Origin: Eledone cirrhosa
Taxonomy: Eukaryota
NCBI GenBank assembly: GCA_964016885.1
Contig: OZ024751.1
Span: forward strand, 7,874,001 to 7,938,000
DNA length: 64,000 nt
Direction of reading: 5' to 3'
Made by a program: the position numbers and the translations under genes
Shown here: in pieces, positions 45,816 to 61,099 of the stretch
Layout: every line of letters starts with the position of its first letter
How positions within the stretch are numbered: position 1 is the first letter of the stretch
Notes under the pieces: model-generated
Told to the model about the DNA's origin: nothing
Database searches by the model: none
Seen by the model: only the letters and a program-made list of their open reading frames with translations

Positions 45816-46396
45816 CAAATAAATATATATAGTGCTGCAGAAACTCGAGTCCGGGAACCCTATAAGCACCCGTTTTACATGTATTGTGTTGAGGCAAATA
45901 ACTATGTGTATACTCTGGTAATGTATCTTACATTTCCCATTGAGTGCGCTGAGATTCAACCGGTACTGGCATTGATAAATATACTGGGTCCGTCAACCCT
46001 TATTATTATTATATATATATATATGTGTGTGTGTGGTCGATTTATTTTCGTTGTATGTATGTTAACTTAGACGTACATATGTATGTATATATAATATTTA
46101 TAAATACACGTTTATGTGTGGTGTGTGTTCATGTGTGTGTCTATACGTGCGAATGTGCTTGTGCTTTTTCCTGTGATTATACACATTTGAACAGTAACCA
46201 TTTCACTATTCAGCGAAGGTGTCAACATAAGAAGAAATAATGTAAAAGAGAATGTGTTGGCTACAAACTTTTTACAAGAAAACGTGATAAAATGATAGAA
46301 TTGGTGTTTTAATGATTATAAGAAGCTCATATATGGCCTCACACATATACATCATATATATATATATATATATATGTGCGTGTGTGTATATATATT

Positions 46397-46430
<34 letters not shown>

Positions 46431-46491
46431 AATATATATATAGATACATAAACATACATATATATTATACACAAACACGCACCCACACACA

Positions 46492-46587
<96 letters not shown>

Positions 46588-46664
46588 TATATATTTATAT
46601 ATATATATATATAGAGAGAGAGAGATAGATAGATATACATACATATATATTATATATACACACG

Positions 46665-46752
<88 letters not shown>

Positions 46753-47037
46753 GTGTTTGTGTGTGTGCAATGCGTCTCCTAACAATATAATATATCCAGG
46801 AAACAAACTATGTCACGGTATATAGTTAAACAAATATTACACTATGAGCTGTGCATGAACGAAGCACAGCTCCACCTTCACATTTTCTATTGGGGACAGA
46901 ATTACCATTCGCTACTCGTTTCGAGTGGTAAGCATTTTATAATATATATTCATCGGGAAAACACACATATATATATATGTTTCTTATTGCCTATTTTTGC
47001 TTATTTACATCGAAACGGAGATACATAATGCATAATA

Positions 47038-47217
47038 TAATTGTTTCTACTTTTTTTTCACGATGCCAGCAATTATATCAGTACATTACTGGTACTTTAT
47101 TTTATCAACCACGTAGGGAAAGGCAAAGTTAACCTCGGCGGGATTTGAACTCATGCCGTGAATTGACGTAACTTTATGCTGCAAAGCATGTCGTCGGAAA
47201 CTCCACCGATACTGCCA
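47038..47217 (-). mobile_element. SINE family 1
   Basis: ctggtactttattttatcaacc...aaaggcaaagttaacctcggcgggatttgaactc. Confidence 0.88.
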
Positions 47218-47314
47218 TACAAATAAAATACCTCGCAAGTAGAAGGACATACTTATAAATACATGTACCTCTCTCTCTCTCCCTCTCTCTCTCTCCCTCT
47301 CCCTCTCTCTCTTT

Positions 47315-47419
<105 letters not shown>

Positions 47420-47425
47420 TATATT

Positions 47426-47456
<31 letters not shown>

Positions 47457-49797
47457 GTGGATGGATATGTGCAGAGATAGATGGAAGTCAATACATTTAG
47501 ATTGCATAGATAGATGGGTACATAGATAAATATATAGATACATATAATTGGAAGACAGCTCGATAGAGTTAACTAAATTCGAGTAAGATATTATTGGTAA
47601 ATATGAGTATAAACCAGAATATATTTGCTGATATTGTCGTACTGTGCTATCAAAATGGAAACCACATTGTTGCGAGACGATGTCCTTCAACATAGAGCGA
47701 TGTCTGTCTGTCAAAAACAAGATTACAACTTAGAATGTTATAATATACATTATTAGTTCTCTTGCTTAAAACTAATCTGAACACTTCCAATGTTATCATA
47801 GAAGCCTTCGTATTATATCACTTTGGAGGAAGATTTCAAACATCATACTTTCAATGTAACCATAGCAACTTATAATGGCAGCAGTTGTAGAGAATATATT
47901 CAGTGAAACCATAGTAGTGTATGGTCATAAAATACACAGAGACGAGAGTGCAAATTCCTAACGATGAAGACATCAATATTTCAATGTAAAATTATGGAAA
48001 TATTCAGCTCGTACCCGATAATAAAATACATTGACTATGTGCAAATTCTTTAATGTACATTTTATTGGACACGCGATTGTCTGTTACTGAAAAATTGGAG
48101 GAGAGTTGAACATAATGGGGTTATATGTGTGTGAAAGACCATTGGTTATTCATCTTTTCATAGGCACCGCATCATATCATTGTCACTTTGGATCAGATCA
48201 GATACACGTAAATAGGGACAATGAGTTAGAGAAACCAACGTTATCTTTATTATTTATAAGCCCCGGGAGACAGCAAAATAAAACCGATAGTTTCATTTTA
48301 CATTAACAATTATTTAATTTATATCTTTAGCACAGCGGTAGAAATGTAACAATATCGTTTGAATGGTTATTCTGCATATCACTGGTAGTGAATATATCTA
48401 ATCTTACGATATTAATCACCAGAACAACCAACTAAACATTTATATATGATGGTTATATAGACGAAATAAAACATCACACCTCACCTGATATATTTTATAT
48501 TTATTATTTTATTCTAACACTTAGCTTTACAATCTAACCTCATTGAAATGTAGGCGTTGAATATGTAGTGTTAGAATAAATAATTGTATTACCCATAATA
48601 GTCTTCTAATGATACTACAACAAATAAGCATTACCCCATCCTATTGCAAAACGAAAGTGGCGAACAATTGATACAGTTTCATTCCATTATAGTTCTCCCA
48701 AATAAAGAGATGACCTTGTTTTCAATTAAGAAACTATTAATAATTACACTTAATCTATTCAGGCGTGCCGCAGGAATTTCAGTTAGTAGTTCAAATAGAG
48801 ATTTAATATAGAATCATTAAGGTCAAATAGAAGCAATTACGATAAACATTTCTTCATCTGTATTTAATTAGGAATACATAATCTAGTTAGGTATTTAAAT
48901 CAATTAACATACTTTCAACGATAATTTGACTACACAAGACATTAAAAATCAAGTTTGCAACATGCGAATTACAGATTTCATTTATGTTTACGTAGTCAGT
49001 ACATCATTAATAAAACAGTTTATATTTAAAAAGCAATATATATATAACTCCAGAATGTACTCATTCACTCCCAATGAAGTTACCTGCTTCTGAACAATTG
49101 CCTTCAAGTATACTTGTTGATAAGTGCAAAACTGAGGGATATCATTTTTTTCAATAATTTATTTTATCTAAAGAAACATAGGTGTGCTTGGTGTCCCAAA
49201 TAAATATACATTGATTCATCCAACCAGAAAGGCAGACATACTGACAGATGGAGAGGGTGGCTGAGTCTCTATTCACAAAATCGCGATCACTTGATCTTTT
49301 TCACATACAGAGGTGGGACGAGCTTGAGGTCCTAGCTATGCCAGGGATGTATATTACTTTCTGCAACATGCTGCAGCCAAAGGAAATATAATCCTTCTTC
49401 GGCTACGTCAAGAAAATTACTGAGGCAACACACATTCAAACGCGTTAAGATTGAGTGATGACTCTGATCTGAACAAAATACCACATTATGAACAATGGTG
49501 AGAGGTATCCAAAAGGGGGACCTCTTCAAAATGATTGGTTGCCTTCAATTTTCAAGTTTAAACTCAGCGATTTTCGTCTCCTACAAAGATGTCCTAACAA
49601 GCATTTCCTGTGTGCTAACCATGAAATCGAGTATGCCCAGGTGCCCGCGCATACGCACATATACACGTACGAACATACATACGTACGTACACACATACAT
49701 AGATAGATTCATATATATATACATGTATATATATATACGTGTATACATACGTACATACGTACATACATACATACGTACATACATGCATACATATATA

Positions 49798-49925
<128 letters not shown>

Positions 49926-50877
49926 AAAAAGGACGATTGATTATTCCTTCATTGATAGGTGACGCGCATTTCGCCACTGATCAGCTCAAGGTTCGATCTA
50001 TATCGATCTTACCCGACTCAATAATCCGCAGCTCGACAGACCTTCCTGAAATGCTATAAGAAAATGAAATACATGCTATGTGATAAAGTCAGATATTCAA
50101 GAGTTTGACAAAATGAGTTGTTTTGATTGGTTGGAAGGGTCAGGCGATGTACTGGCCTGTAGTGTATTTGGGGGTGGGTGTGATGGTGATATGTTGGTGA
50201 CGATGGATGGATGAGATTAACTGTGGTGTGTTGGTGGTTGATTGGCCTTGGCGTGTACAGTATGTGTGGGTGTGGATGTCATGATGTGGTGGTTATGGTT
50301 GCTTAGTGGGATGGCTGTGGTATGAGGTTAGTGGGTTGTCAGTAGACGGGTTGGCGTTTGGTGTGGGGGTGTGGTATTGGTGCCGCTGTCTATGGTAGTG
50401 GTGTTTGTGGTGGTGTGGCGGATGTATTAGTGGCGTCAAGGTCATTACCTAGATACATAGCTAATCGCTCATCGTCTGACAGATGCTTTGTATATACTTA
50501 TAAGCACACACATATATAGGTATATATGTGCACACATATTGTTGTATAAACACACCCACCACACAATACATACGCACATCCCTGCCCACACATATCGACA
50601 CACGGTCACACACGGCCATATGTATATGTACACACATGTATGTGCGTGTGCGCGTGCGGTCACGAATATGGGGAGTGGGGGGGTATCGTTCGGGGTGGCG
50701 AACGACGGAGATGGGGAAAGGTAACAAGCAATGTAGAAGGTGCTTTACATACATACGTACACATACATATGCCCATACATACATATGGGTATGGGCACCT
50801 GGACTCACACTCACGTATACAAAATATACACATACTCACTCACACACACGTATACTCTCGCACATATATACACAAAC

Positions 50878-50910
<33 letters not shown>

Positions 50911-50913
50911 CAT

Positions 50914-51163
<250 letters not shown>

Positions 51164-51842
51164 ATATATATATATATATAGTTATACACACACACACACT
51201 CATGTACATACAACACACAGATATACACGCACATATACACATACATGCACGCACATGAGCTCACCTACACATATAGTCAGATTCACCCATATACCTATAT
51301 GTAGACGTGCACATATACACACATACATACACATACGTATAGACACACACACATACACATACGCATGCACATACACATATATATGTATACAGATACGTAC
51401 CCACACATACACACATGTATACACCTGCGCTCACATACACACACACACATACATACAATAACTATGCGTACACGCACATCACACTCATACGTCCGTATGT
51501 GTAAGAATACTTACACACCGACACACACGCTTTTGTTGGTTGGGGAGTGGGGGTGTGCGTTGTTGGTGTTGGTGAAGTATGGAGTTGTGTTTAGTGGTGG
51601 TGGTGGTGGAGTTGTGAGGGACACAAATATATATACAGGATCGAATACCGGTTAGAAGGTGTTTATGGACGTACGGCGATGTGTGTTGTGGACATGGTGA
51701 TGGTGGTGCTGCTGGGGTGATGTGTTCGACAAGATGATTACATGATCAGAGGTTACGGTGTGTTATAGGGTAAGGCAGACGGGGGGGTCTATAATATAGG
51801 CGATCTGGGAGCGAGGGGTGATATGTGTTGATGATGTTAATG

Positions 51843-51958
51843 ATAATTGTTTCTACTTTAGGCACAAGGCCAGCAATTATCCAGTTCATTACTGGTACTT
51901 TATTTTATCGACCCCGTAAGGATGAAAGGCAAAGTCAACCTCGGCAGGATTTGAAATC
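51843..51958 (-). mobile_element. SINE family 1, 5'-truncated
   Basis: Core and tail match the other copies. Confidence 0.88.
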
Positions 51959-52705
51959 ATGTTGAGGTATTTGGATGTATCTAGTGGTGGCTGTGGTTGT
52001 GTGTGCGTGGGACAGTACAATTACAGGGTCGAATTTAGCGTGGGGTTGTAGGTTAGGGTAGACAGAGGGAACATGGGGGGATGAGGTTGTAGGCGTGTAT
52101 GGTAGGCATATGACGATGTGTGGTGTGGTGGTGGTGGCGATGGTGTGATATGATCGACATTGTATTTACAAGGTTCCTTGTCATTGTGGATTGCAAGGTA
52201 GAACGTATCATAGGATACCGATCTAATATGATGTTGCAGCAATGAGGTGTGTATGTTGATGTGAATTTGGTGGTGGTGATGGTGATGCGTGCGGCATGAT
52301 ATACAAATGCGGGCTTAGAAATGGTTACATGGAGTACAATAAAATAAGTTCATTGAGGTGGGCGATGTTGAGACGGGGTATATGTGGTTATTAATATGGC
52401 GTGTCGTGGTTAGTGTGATTTTTGGTGTGGGTTATGTATGCGGCACGATATACACAATACGGGCTTACATATGGTTAAATGCAATGCAATAAACAACGCT
52501 AAAGTGAAGTTAGATTAGAATTAAAGTTCTTTGAGATGGACGTTTCATTATAAGATTACTACAAAGTGGGAGAAATGTGTTCAAGTTATGTAGAAGCTTG
52601 CATAAGCTCAATAGATTCCCATGCAAGGGGGCTCTTATAACTATTCAGTGGAATGCCCAAGTAATATCAATATTAATAACTAAATCAATATTAATATCTA
52701 GCGAT

Positions 52706-52865
52706 AATTGTTTATACTTTAGGCACAAGGCCAGCAATTACCCAGTTCATTACTGCTACATTATTTTATCGACCCCGTAAGGATAAAAGGCAAAGTCAAC
52801 CTCAGATCGTAAAGGGACGTAACTATGCTGGAAAGCATGGCGTCCGACCCTCTACTGATACTGCC
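52706..52865 (-). mobile_element. SINE family 1 with perfect 19-bp TSD
   Basis: attaatatctagcgataat at 52690-52708 and 52866-52884. The B box is deleted. Confidence 0.9.
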
Positions 52866-53088
52866 ATTAATATCTAGCGATAATCACCGTCAGTGCTAGA
52901 TATAAATATATATATATATAGTCTATGAAAATTATTTCGTTGCACATCTATCTGCAACATCATCAGTGGTTCTATGATCATGTTCTCTCCTATTGTATTG
53001 TAATGTTTACGCCATTTTTCCCCAAGTATAACAATTTTTTTTTTTCGAGATACGATTTCATATCAAGAACCTTCCAAAACAACTACAT

Positions 53089-53152
<64 letters not shown>

Positions 53153-53154
53153 AA

Positions 53155-53280
53155 AAGGTAAACAGAAAGAACATCACAACCGGTACAGTATTTGTAAGGA
53201 ATGAATTAGGTTAACACTTGAGATAGCAGGAATAGGGCCCTGACGTTTCGGGCGTTAGTTCTTCATATGAAGAGAAAATG
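53155..53280 (-). mobile_element. Decayed PLE-type 3' end with broken HHR
   Basis: Reverse complement reads atgaagaactaacgcccGAAACGTCagg. The tail atgaattag.ttaac.cttga.atagcaggaa is shared with 6045-6078. Confidence 0.55.
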
Positions 53281-53386
53281 AGAAATTGAACGGATGTGTA
53301 GGGTGGAATCGGAAAAAGATTATTTTAGAGAAAAATAAAAGTTCCATTCATGTTGTGATATCTTGGAAATCTGTTGATGGTGGCGT

Positions 53387-53419
<33 letters not shown>

Positions 53420-53612
53420 TCTGGAATTAGCTGTAGAAATGGCAAGAACTCCACCTTCGGGTCCTGGCCTTTTCTAATATATATATATATATATATAACC
53501 TCTTACACATTATTTCTCTTTTAATCATGTTATCATATTCCAGTGTTTATATTTATATCAATTGTTATATTATCTCCATTTATACATAAATATATTTTCT
53601 TTCTCATTCTAG

Positions 53613-53767
53613 GTATGATTCACGTTTTACAATGAACCAATGGATCCAATGCTGTGCCAAGGTTTCTCTATGTTACATATTTGCATCTCATATTTGTAAA
53701 GTTTGTAAAGGTATCGGAGATAGTATGATTCAATGCGGGATGATAAATCTAACAGTACAATATGCAG
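53613..53767 (+). other. Candidate 155-nt exon of an unidentified gene
   Basis: Polypyrimidine acceptor ttttctttctcattctag, CAG|GTATT donor, one open frame YDSRFTMNQWIQCCAKVSLCYIFASHICKVCKGIGDSMIQCGMINLTVQYA. Confidence 0.25.
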
Positions 53768-54307
53768 GTATTAATATTCAGAAAATACCCACTACATACT
53801 ATTAGATCATAAAAGCAGATTATTCATTTTCTGTCGGGGAAATTGCCTATGTGTTTAATCTCATAACCGGTTTTGCATATTTCTATGTGTGGTTTTGTGT
53901 ATTAAGGGAGAGTGGTAGAGTGAGAGAGTGAGTAAGTGTGTATGTGTGAGAGAGAGATAGATAGAGAGAGAGAGAGAGAGGGGGGGATATAGAGAGTGTG
54001 TGAGAGGGAGAAAATGAGAGGTGCAAAGAGGGCAGGAAAGATTTACAGAGAAAGAGGAGTGACAGATGTAAAAGAGAGAGGGAGGGAAAATTTAGAGAAC
54101 ATAAAAAGAGAGAAAAAAAGAAAGGGTAAGAGAATTTGCATGTGTATTCTTCGTGATGGTTGTAGAAAGCTGACAGATTAATCCCTGATGCTACTACACT
54201 GAAACGAGGATTATTTAGTCAACTAGTTAAAGGCACCACATTTAGTGAACTGTATAAGTACAGACACACACTCACACACTCACACACACATACGCATACA
54301 CACACGT

Positions 54308-54340
<33 letters not shown>

Positions 54341-54371
54341 CAAAAACATACACACACACACATATAAATAG

Positions 54372-54408
<37 letters not shown>

Positions 54409-54799
54409 AAAACATACACACACACACATAAATATTTATATATATATATATCAAAATAGATGCAGTAAAAACCTTTACTCAGAAGAGTACTCAATACTTG
54501 GGATAGTTGTTATGAACCAGCTGTTGAAACGACAAGAGCTCAGTCGTCGGGGTCCTGACAGTTTCTATGTATAAATATATATATAGCAAAAGTAAAATGC
54601 TCTGGAAAATCGTTTAAAATCTAAATTTTCCGTCTATATATTTAATTAAACACACACAAAAAGGCATATCCGTGTGTATATGTATGTGTGTGTCTGTGTT
54701 TATGTTCTTCGTTATCAAACACGTACATGCCCCTTGTCTTTCCCAATCAAAACATTTATTACACCTACTTAACTACGGTTATTTTCCTTATATATACAG

Positions 54800-55003
54800 A
54801 CAGTCGATCGACTTTCGTCGAATCAGACAGAGGAAACAATGTTTCCGTTGGTCTTTACAATTTCTAATACTATATATCGGTCTCAACTCCAGGTAGAAGG
54901 AGTAACGTGAAATAAAGTGTCTTGCTCAAGGACATAGCGCATTGCCCTGTCTGCAAATCGAACTCACAACCTCATGATTGCGAATTCAATTATCTAACCA
55001 CTC
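54800..55003 (-). mobile_element. SINE family 2
   Basis: Reverse complement of 38716-38935. Confidence 0.85.
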
Positions 55004-55192
55004 ATGTAATCTGAGTTTTTCGAATATTAATAATGACATTCGATTCATTTGCAATTATGCCTCATTTTTAAAGCCATGTCAGTAGAATGAGCCCCTCATT
55101 TTTGTTCTTGTGATGACATGTAAACAGAACTGCAGACACTGATGTTTCAGATTACATTTATTGTATTCCGCCATGTAGGGCGAACTATTTTT

Positions 55193-55334
<142 letters not shown>

Positions 55335-55957
55335 TGTGTGTGTATGTGTGTGCGTGTGTGTGGGTGTGCGTGCGTGTGTGCATGTGTGTATGTGTGTGTG
55401 TGTGAGTGTGTGTGTGTGTGTATGTGTGTGTGTGTGTGAATGTGTGCGTGTGTGTGTGGGTGTGTGTGTGTGTGTGTGTGTGAGTTTGTGTGTATGTGTT
55501 GTATTTGTTAATATATTAGTCCCCTACATATTAACATCTTTCCAGAATTGAACACCACAAAATTCAGGTTTATAAAATCAGGGACGCAACCCCACTGCTA
55601 CTTTGTTTCCTTTGTATGTTGAGAATATGTAAATATCACATGACATTCTCACATGCTGTGTGATATTCATGAAATGTCCGGAGATTTGTAATCGATAATA
55701 TACGAGGAATTCATTGCACATTACGTAATTATATTGATTCATATGTTGCGTATTATTAAGATGTCATGAACGGAAGGTTTCCACCGGAAATTATTATTTT
55801 ACTCATAAAATATACACTGTCATTTCACCATATCCCATGGTTACCTGTTCAGTTTCCAAGGAAACGTGATTTCCAACAGTTCAATTTGGTTACATTGAAA
55901 ACGTTCTTCTTGCATTACCTTTGAAGAACGGTTAAGCATGTATATATTACTATATTG

Positions 55958-56107
55958 GCAGTATCGTAGAGCGTCGGACGCCAAGCTTTGCAGCATAGAG
56001 TTACGGCTTTTATGATATGAGTTCAATTCCCGCCGAGGTCAGCTTAACCTTCATCCTTACGGGGTCGATAAAATAAAGTACCAGTCAGTCTCTGGGGTCG
56101 ATTTAAG
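55958..56107 (+). mobile_element. SINE family 1, 3'-truncated at LINE junction
   Basis: gagttcaattcccgccgagg..ttcatccttacggggtcgataaaataaagtaccag..ctggggtcgatttaa. A further 3' SINE fragment lies at 59748-59845. Confidence 0.85.
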
Positions 56108-59100
56108 TGTTCCAAAAAGTGGGGCTGGACTTATTTTCTTTAACCATCCTAGTGCGCCTATGACAATCGGGACGACTCTGACTTCATGGCAGTTCGACAT
56201 CCTTTTTACCTCCCATTTTAAGTCCTGGTATCGGTTAATTTTCTCCCTCTCCTTTTCTTGCACTCTCGTGTCAAATGGGCAGGCTACATCTACAATCAGG
56301 CACGATCTTTTTTCCTTGTCCAAAAACACCAGGTCAACCCTATTGTCTCCTAATTTGTGTCCATCTGTATCCCAAAATCCCATAGCACCTTCACCTGATC
56401 GCTTTCTATCACCGACTCTGGCTTATGCTTATACCACTTCGCAGAATGTGGTAAATTGTTTACTTTGCATAGGTGCCAGTGGATCACCCTGCCCATCACA
56501 TCATGTCTCCAGCCTTTATAGTGAGTATGGGCTAGGTGTTTACACTGGGATACAATGTGAGCCACAGCCTCCTCTCTCTCTCCACAGATCCTACACAGTG
56601 GGCTAGCCTCCTCCTTGTAAATATGGTGTTTCACCCACTTCGTTCTGAAGGCCTGCTCTTGCGCAGCCATTAGCATTCCTTCTGCAGTCTTATTAAGGTC
56701 TCCTGTTTTTAACCAGTTCTATGTCTGTGTATCTCTGAATTCAGTTTTCTTAAATAAGGTACTATGAAGGTATTTTTCAAGAAGGTTGCTATTCCTCCTT
56801 GTTGTTATTTCCTCCTTCGACACCCCATCGTCTATTGTCTTCTCCTTCAGTACAATTTTGAGCAATGACTCCCTACTGTCAGTCACGTTTTTGTGCAGGT
56901 TGTTTTTCTCCATCTGAACACAGTCCTCTATGCTGATAAGACCTCTTGCACCTTCACATCTCTTTAAGTAGATTCTAACGACATCATTCTTCTTGTGGAA
57001 CATGTTGTAGATAGTCAATAGCTTCCTAGTTATCCTATTCATTTATTTTTGTTCAGCAACATTCCGTTTCAGAATTCCCGCACTGTACCTAATAATAGAC
57101 ACAACTCGGGAATTAACTGCACTTATGACATTCCTACTATTTAGATGTGATTTTAATACGCTCCTTACTCTCCTAATGTACTCAGATCTTATCAATTCCT
57201 TCATTTTTTTGTTCTTGATGTCACCTTCCTCCATAACACCTAAATATGTGTATCCTTCTTCAGTGTCAATTTCCTTTATCAACTCACCTGCTGGTACCTG
57301 GATTCCGTTGCTTCTGCTCAATTTAACCCTCTTCATCACTAAAATTCCCAACTTATTAAAACCAAATTCCATACATATCTCATTGCTGAAAATACGGACA
57401 GTGTCAACAAGTACATCCGACTCCTTCTCACTCTCCCCAAAGAGTTTGAGATCGTCCATGAAGAGGAGGTGGTTGTTGTAAGCTATCCTTTTCCCAACTT
57501 GTATCCTGTTATCACTTTTCGCAATATAATGGTCACGGCAAGAACAAACAGCAGAGTAGATAAACTATCTCCCTGGAAGATACCTCTCTTGATCTTCACG
57601 CCTCCCAGGGATTCTCCACCTGATGTTAACTTTGTTTTCCAGGACTTCATACTTTTGCTCAACAACTGTCTGATGGTATCTGCCACCTTGAAGAACTCTA
57701 GGCTTTTGGTTATACGAGAATGAGGTACCATGACGAATACCTTTTTGTAATCTAACCGTCCCATGGCAAGTCCAGTTTGTCTCCTCTTGAAATTCCTCAT
57801 TACCATCTTATCAATAAATAACTGGTATTTTCTACCACTGGACTTCTTTCGGCATCCTTTCTCTTCGTCCAGTAACAAGTTGTTTATGTGGAGAAGACGG
57901 TAGATTGCCTCAGACACAATACTTGTTAAGAGATTCCACATTACGGATAGACATGTGATAGGTCTATAGTTGGTGACATCATTACCCTTGATTCGATCTT
58001 TCATTACCAGAACTGTGGTACCTTTTGTCAACCATTCTGGTACCTCACCTAACATCAAGCAGTCATCGAATATGGTTGTCAGTTTCGGGTTGAGGGATGT
58101 TATATTTTTAATCCAATACCACTGCAACCTCTGGGACTGGAGATTTCCTGTTGGTTAGCTTTTTGGCCTGCCCTTTAACAGTTTCAACTGTGATACTCAA
58201 ATTAGTTTGTTGGTGTGCCCGTTCACTAATCTCCTTTTGTAATGTCACAATCCACACTGCCTGACCATTATGTTCAACATCCTGCTCCCATATTCCTCTC
58301 CAGAATGTCTTAATCTGTTCCGCCTCAGGGATTAAGTCGTTGCCTCTTTCTTTCCCTTCAAGCTGCCCAAACAACATCTTCTGGTGGTTGTCAAACATGC
58401 GGTTCTGTCTATTCTGACTGACTCTGCTCTCATACCTCCTAATCTTTGCACTCTTTGCTACAATGTTTTGCTTCAGTTCTTCTATGATAATATTTAGCTT
58501 TTTTCCCCCCTAGTTTTGTACTTTATTTCCAATCTATTTTTAGTGTCTATGTTTTGTAATGTCCCATTCAGTAGGGACTCAAGCTTTCCAATGTCTTTTA
58601 TCATTTCCCTGATTTGACCATGCAGTCGTTTCTTCCACCAAGGTTCTGATCTTTTTTGTTTGTTGTTTCCTCTCGTTTTTATGCCAAGTAATTTCCTCAC
58701 CGCATTTGCGGTTGCTTTGAGGATATTGTTGCATTGGTGAAGGTTCCTCGCCTCAAGGTATGGCATGACTTTTTTTTACCTTAGCTGTTGTTTCTTTTAA
58801 CTTTTTCCTGTCTACAATTCTTAGGTTCATCGGTTTTCCACTAACATTGTTCATTTCATCTACCACTAAGGATATCAACCAAATGTTGTCCTAGCTCGTC
58901 AGCATTCATTTCTTCAATGGCCGTCTTTGTTCCAGATGTTATTTATTCAGCATTCAGATCATTGTCTGTTTCGGATGCTCCCTCAGGTATCTCACCCTCT
59001 TCACCTTCATTTCCAACTGGCTCGTTTGCCTGACATATTCCACTCTCCATTTTCAAAAATTTTTGTTCATCTAATTTAAATAGACCAATCTTGTTCCAGA

Positions 59101-59330
59101 TGTTATGCATCTGTTTCCTATAGCCTTTTTCCAAGGGTTACTCTTCAGGTAACATTCCATGACTGTTCTATTTAATTTTTTCGTCCACTTTGTTCTTGCC
59201 CCTTTCCTTCTTCTTCTTCCTCCAACACCAGCAGCATTTGGATGACAGCCATGTCCTTGCTGCTGGGCCAGGAAACACTTGTTGGGTGAGAGTATTTCAC
59301 AACGTTCCAGTCTCCATTTCACCGTTATCC
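56108..59330 (-). pseudogene. Near-full-length R4/Dong-clade non-LTR retrotransposon (RT, CCHC, RLE), many frameshifts and stops, 3' end deleted
   Basis: RTKWTKKLNRTVMECY; EPWWKKRL; VPEWLTKGTT; NYRPITCLS; LDYKKVF.MVPHS; GIFQGDSLS; FMDDLKLF; Y.YLGV; AAQEQAFRT; CRICGEREEAVAHIVSQC; RHD; RVDLV..IVDVACP..EKINRYQDL..VPIVIGALG. Confidence 0.95.
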
Positions 59331-60535
59331 GAACTGTTTAGGTTCGACATTTAAACACTCATATCGAGGATTTTATGGTTACATAATCACCGGTGATTTC
59401 GTCACCCCAAGTCCCTCCCCCCCCCCCGGTAATTTTAGCGTGGCACCATCACGCTGTAGACGAACATAAATAAATAAACAAACAAAAATATAAAAACTTA
59501 AAAAATTAAACATAAGTTTCATTGTAATGTTTTAATGTCTGACTTTAATGTTTTTTTGTTTGTTTCTTTTTTTTCTGTTTTGTTTTTCAAGGGCAGTAAC
59601 ATCGTTTACTACTGTTGTTGTTGCTGCTGCTGCTATTTTTGATTTTAGCTACGAGGGGTTGTTGCGTTCAAAACTTTTGAAATTTGTTTTACTTTTGTTG
59701 TGTTCTGTTCTGTAATTTTTCGATTTGTTGCTTATCATTATTATTTTTGTTAACTTTGCCTTTCATCATTACGGGGTAGAGAAAATAAAGTACCAGTAAT
59801 ACACTGGTTAATTGCTGCCCTTGTGCCAAAAGGAGAAACAATTATTATTATTATTATATTATAGTTTAGATTTAACATCATTTAAGCTAAACATTTTGAG
59901 AGAGGTTAGAGATACAACAACAATAATAATTATTATTTGTTTGGTGTTGTTGTTAGCTGTTTGACAGGGTCACTAAATCAGTCTATTTATATCTTTTTAT
60001 ATCTTTTGGTGACTTCCTCGCTTCTAGTCATGTGTCGTCGCACTACTACCATGCCTCTCTTAACAGGAGGTAGTGGAGGAATACTGGTGTTAGCGATGAT
60101 GCAGTGTTGGCGGTGGTGATGGGATAGTAATACTGTAGTGATGGTGTTGTTGTAGCTGTTGGTTTTTATCTAGATACATTGTTTGTGGTAGTGATGGTGG
60201 TGGCGCGGCGGTGATGGTGTTGGTGGTGAAATTATTTGGCTGTTGTTCTCTTCCCTTTGTGACCATTTGTAACCATTTTCTTTTTTGACTATAACATTTC
60301 TGATACAAAATTAAATATTAAATATTGGAGCCCTATGCCATAATTTTATGCGTTGTCACTTCCTGAGAGTTAAGACTGGTAGCTTATGTCCCATTTGTAA
60401 TAAGAATTATTCTATCACAATTGTTTTAAATATGTAAAAAATCAAAATCTTACGGAGGCGATTCTATAACGCTCTATCCACCATGTGCGTATTTTTCCTT
60501 TTTCTTCTTGTTGTTGTTGTTGTTGCTGTTGCTGC

Positions 60536-60567
<32 letters not shown>

Positions 60568-60937
60568 TTGTTCTTCTTCTTCTTCTTCTTCTTCTTCTTC
60601 TTCTTCTTCTTCTTCTTCTTCTTCTTCTTCTTCTTCTTCTTCTTCTTCTTCTTCTTCTTCTTCTTCTTCTTCTCTATATGTATTCGATGTTGGCATGTAT
60701 TCTATTTTGGCATGATAGTGTACGACATAACTAAGGAGAGATACCAAATAAAAACCAAGTCTCGCAAGTCTCTGGTTTAGGAAACAAGAAAGTAAAAACC
60801 CAGTCATTAAGGAGGTCGCAAAATGTTTGACGAAATAACTTCGACAATATACCAACAAACATCCAGGTATCAAATAAACTAACCAACCAGAAATGTATAA
60901 TAATCTGAAATGAATATGTATATATATATATATATAT

Positions 60938-61090
60938 CCTCAGCTGGTAATCCGTAATCTGAGGATCCGCTAAGGTGAAACAATTGTTATCGATATGGTT
61001 AACTAACTGTTGTCTAATAACTTCTACCTAATCCATCCCATGGACTGAGTGCTCTACCACTACGGATATTACCTTCCAGTGTTCTAGCAC
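60938..61090 (+). mobile_element. Short TA-flanked insert with minimal HHR (60952-60993)
   Basis: CTGAGGA-tccgctaaggt-GAAA-caattg-TT with palindromic stem III, and tail motif ctgagtgctc. Confidence 0.7.
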
Positions 61091-61099
61091 TATATATAT

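Noticed and set aside
49311-49640. Possible exon or gene fragment
   Set aside because: Stops in all frames and no recognisable motif.
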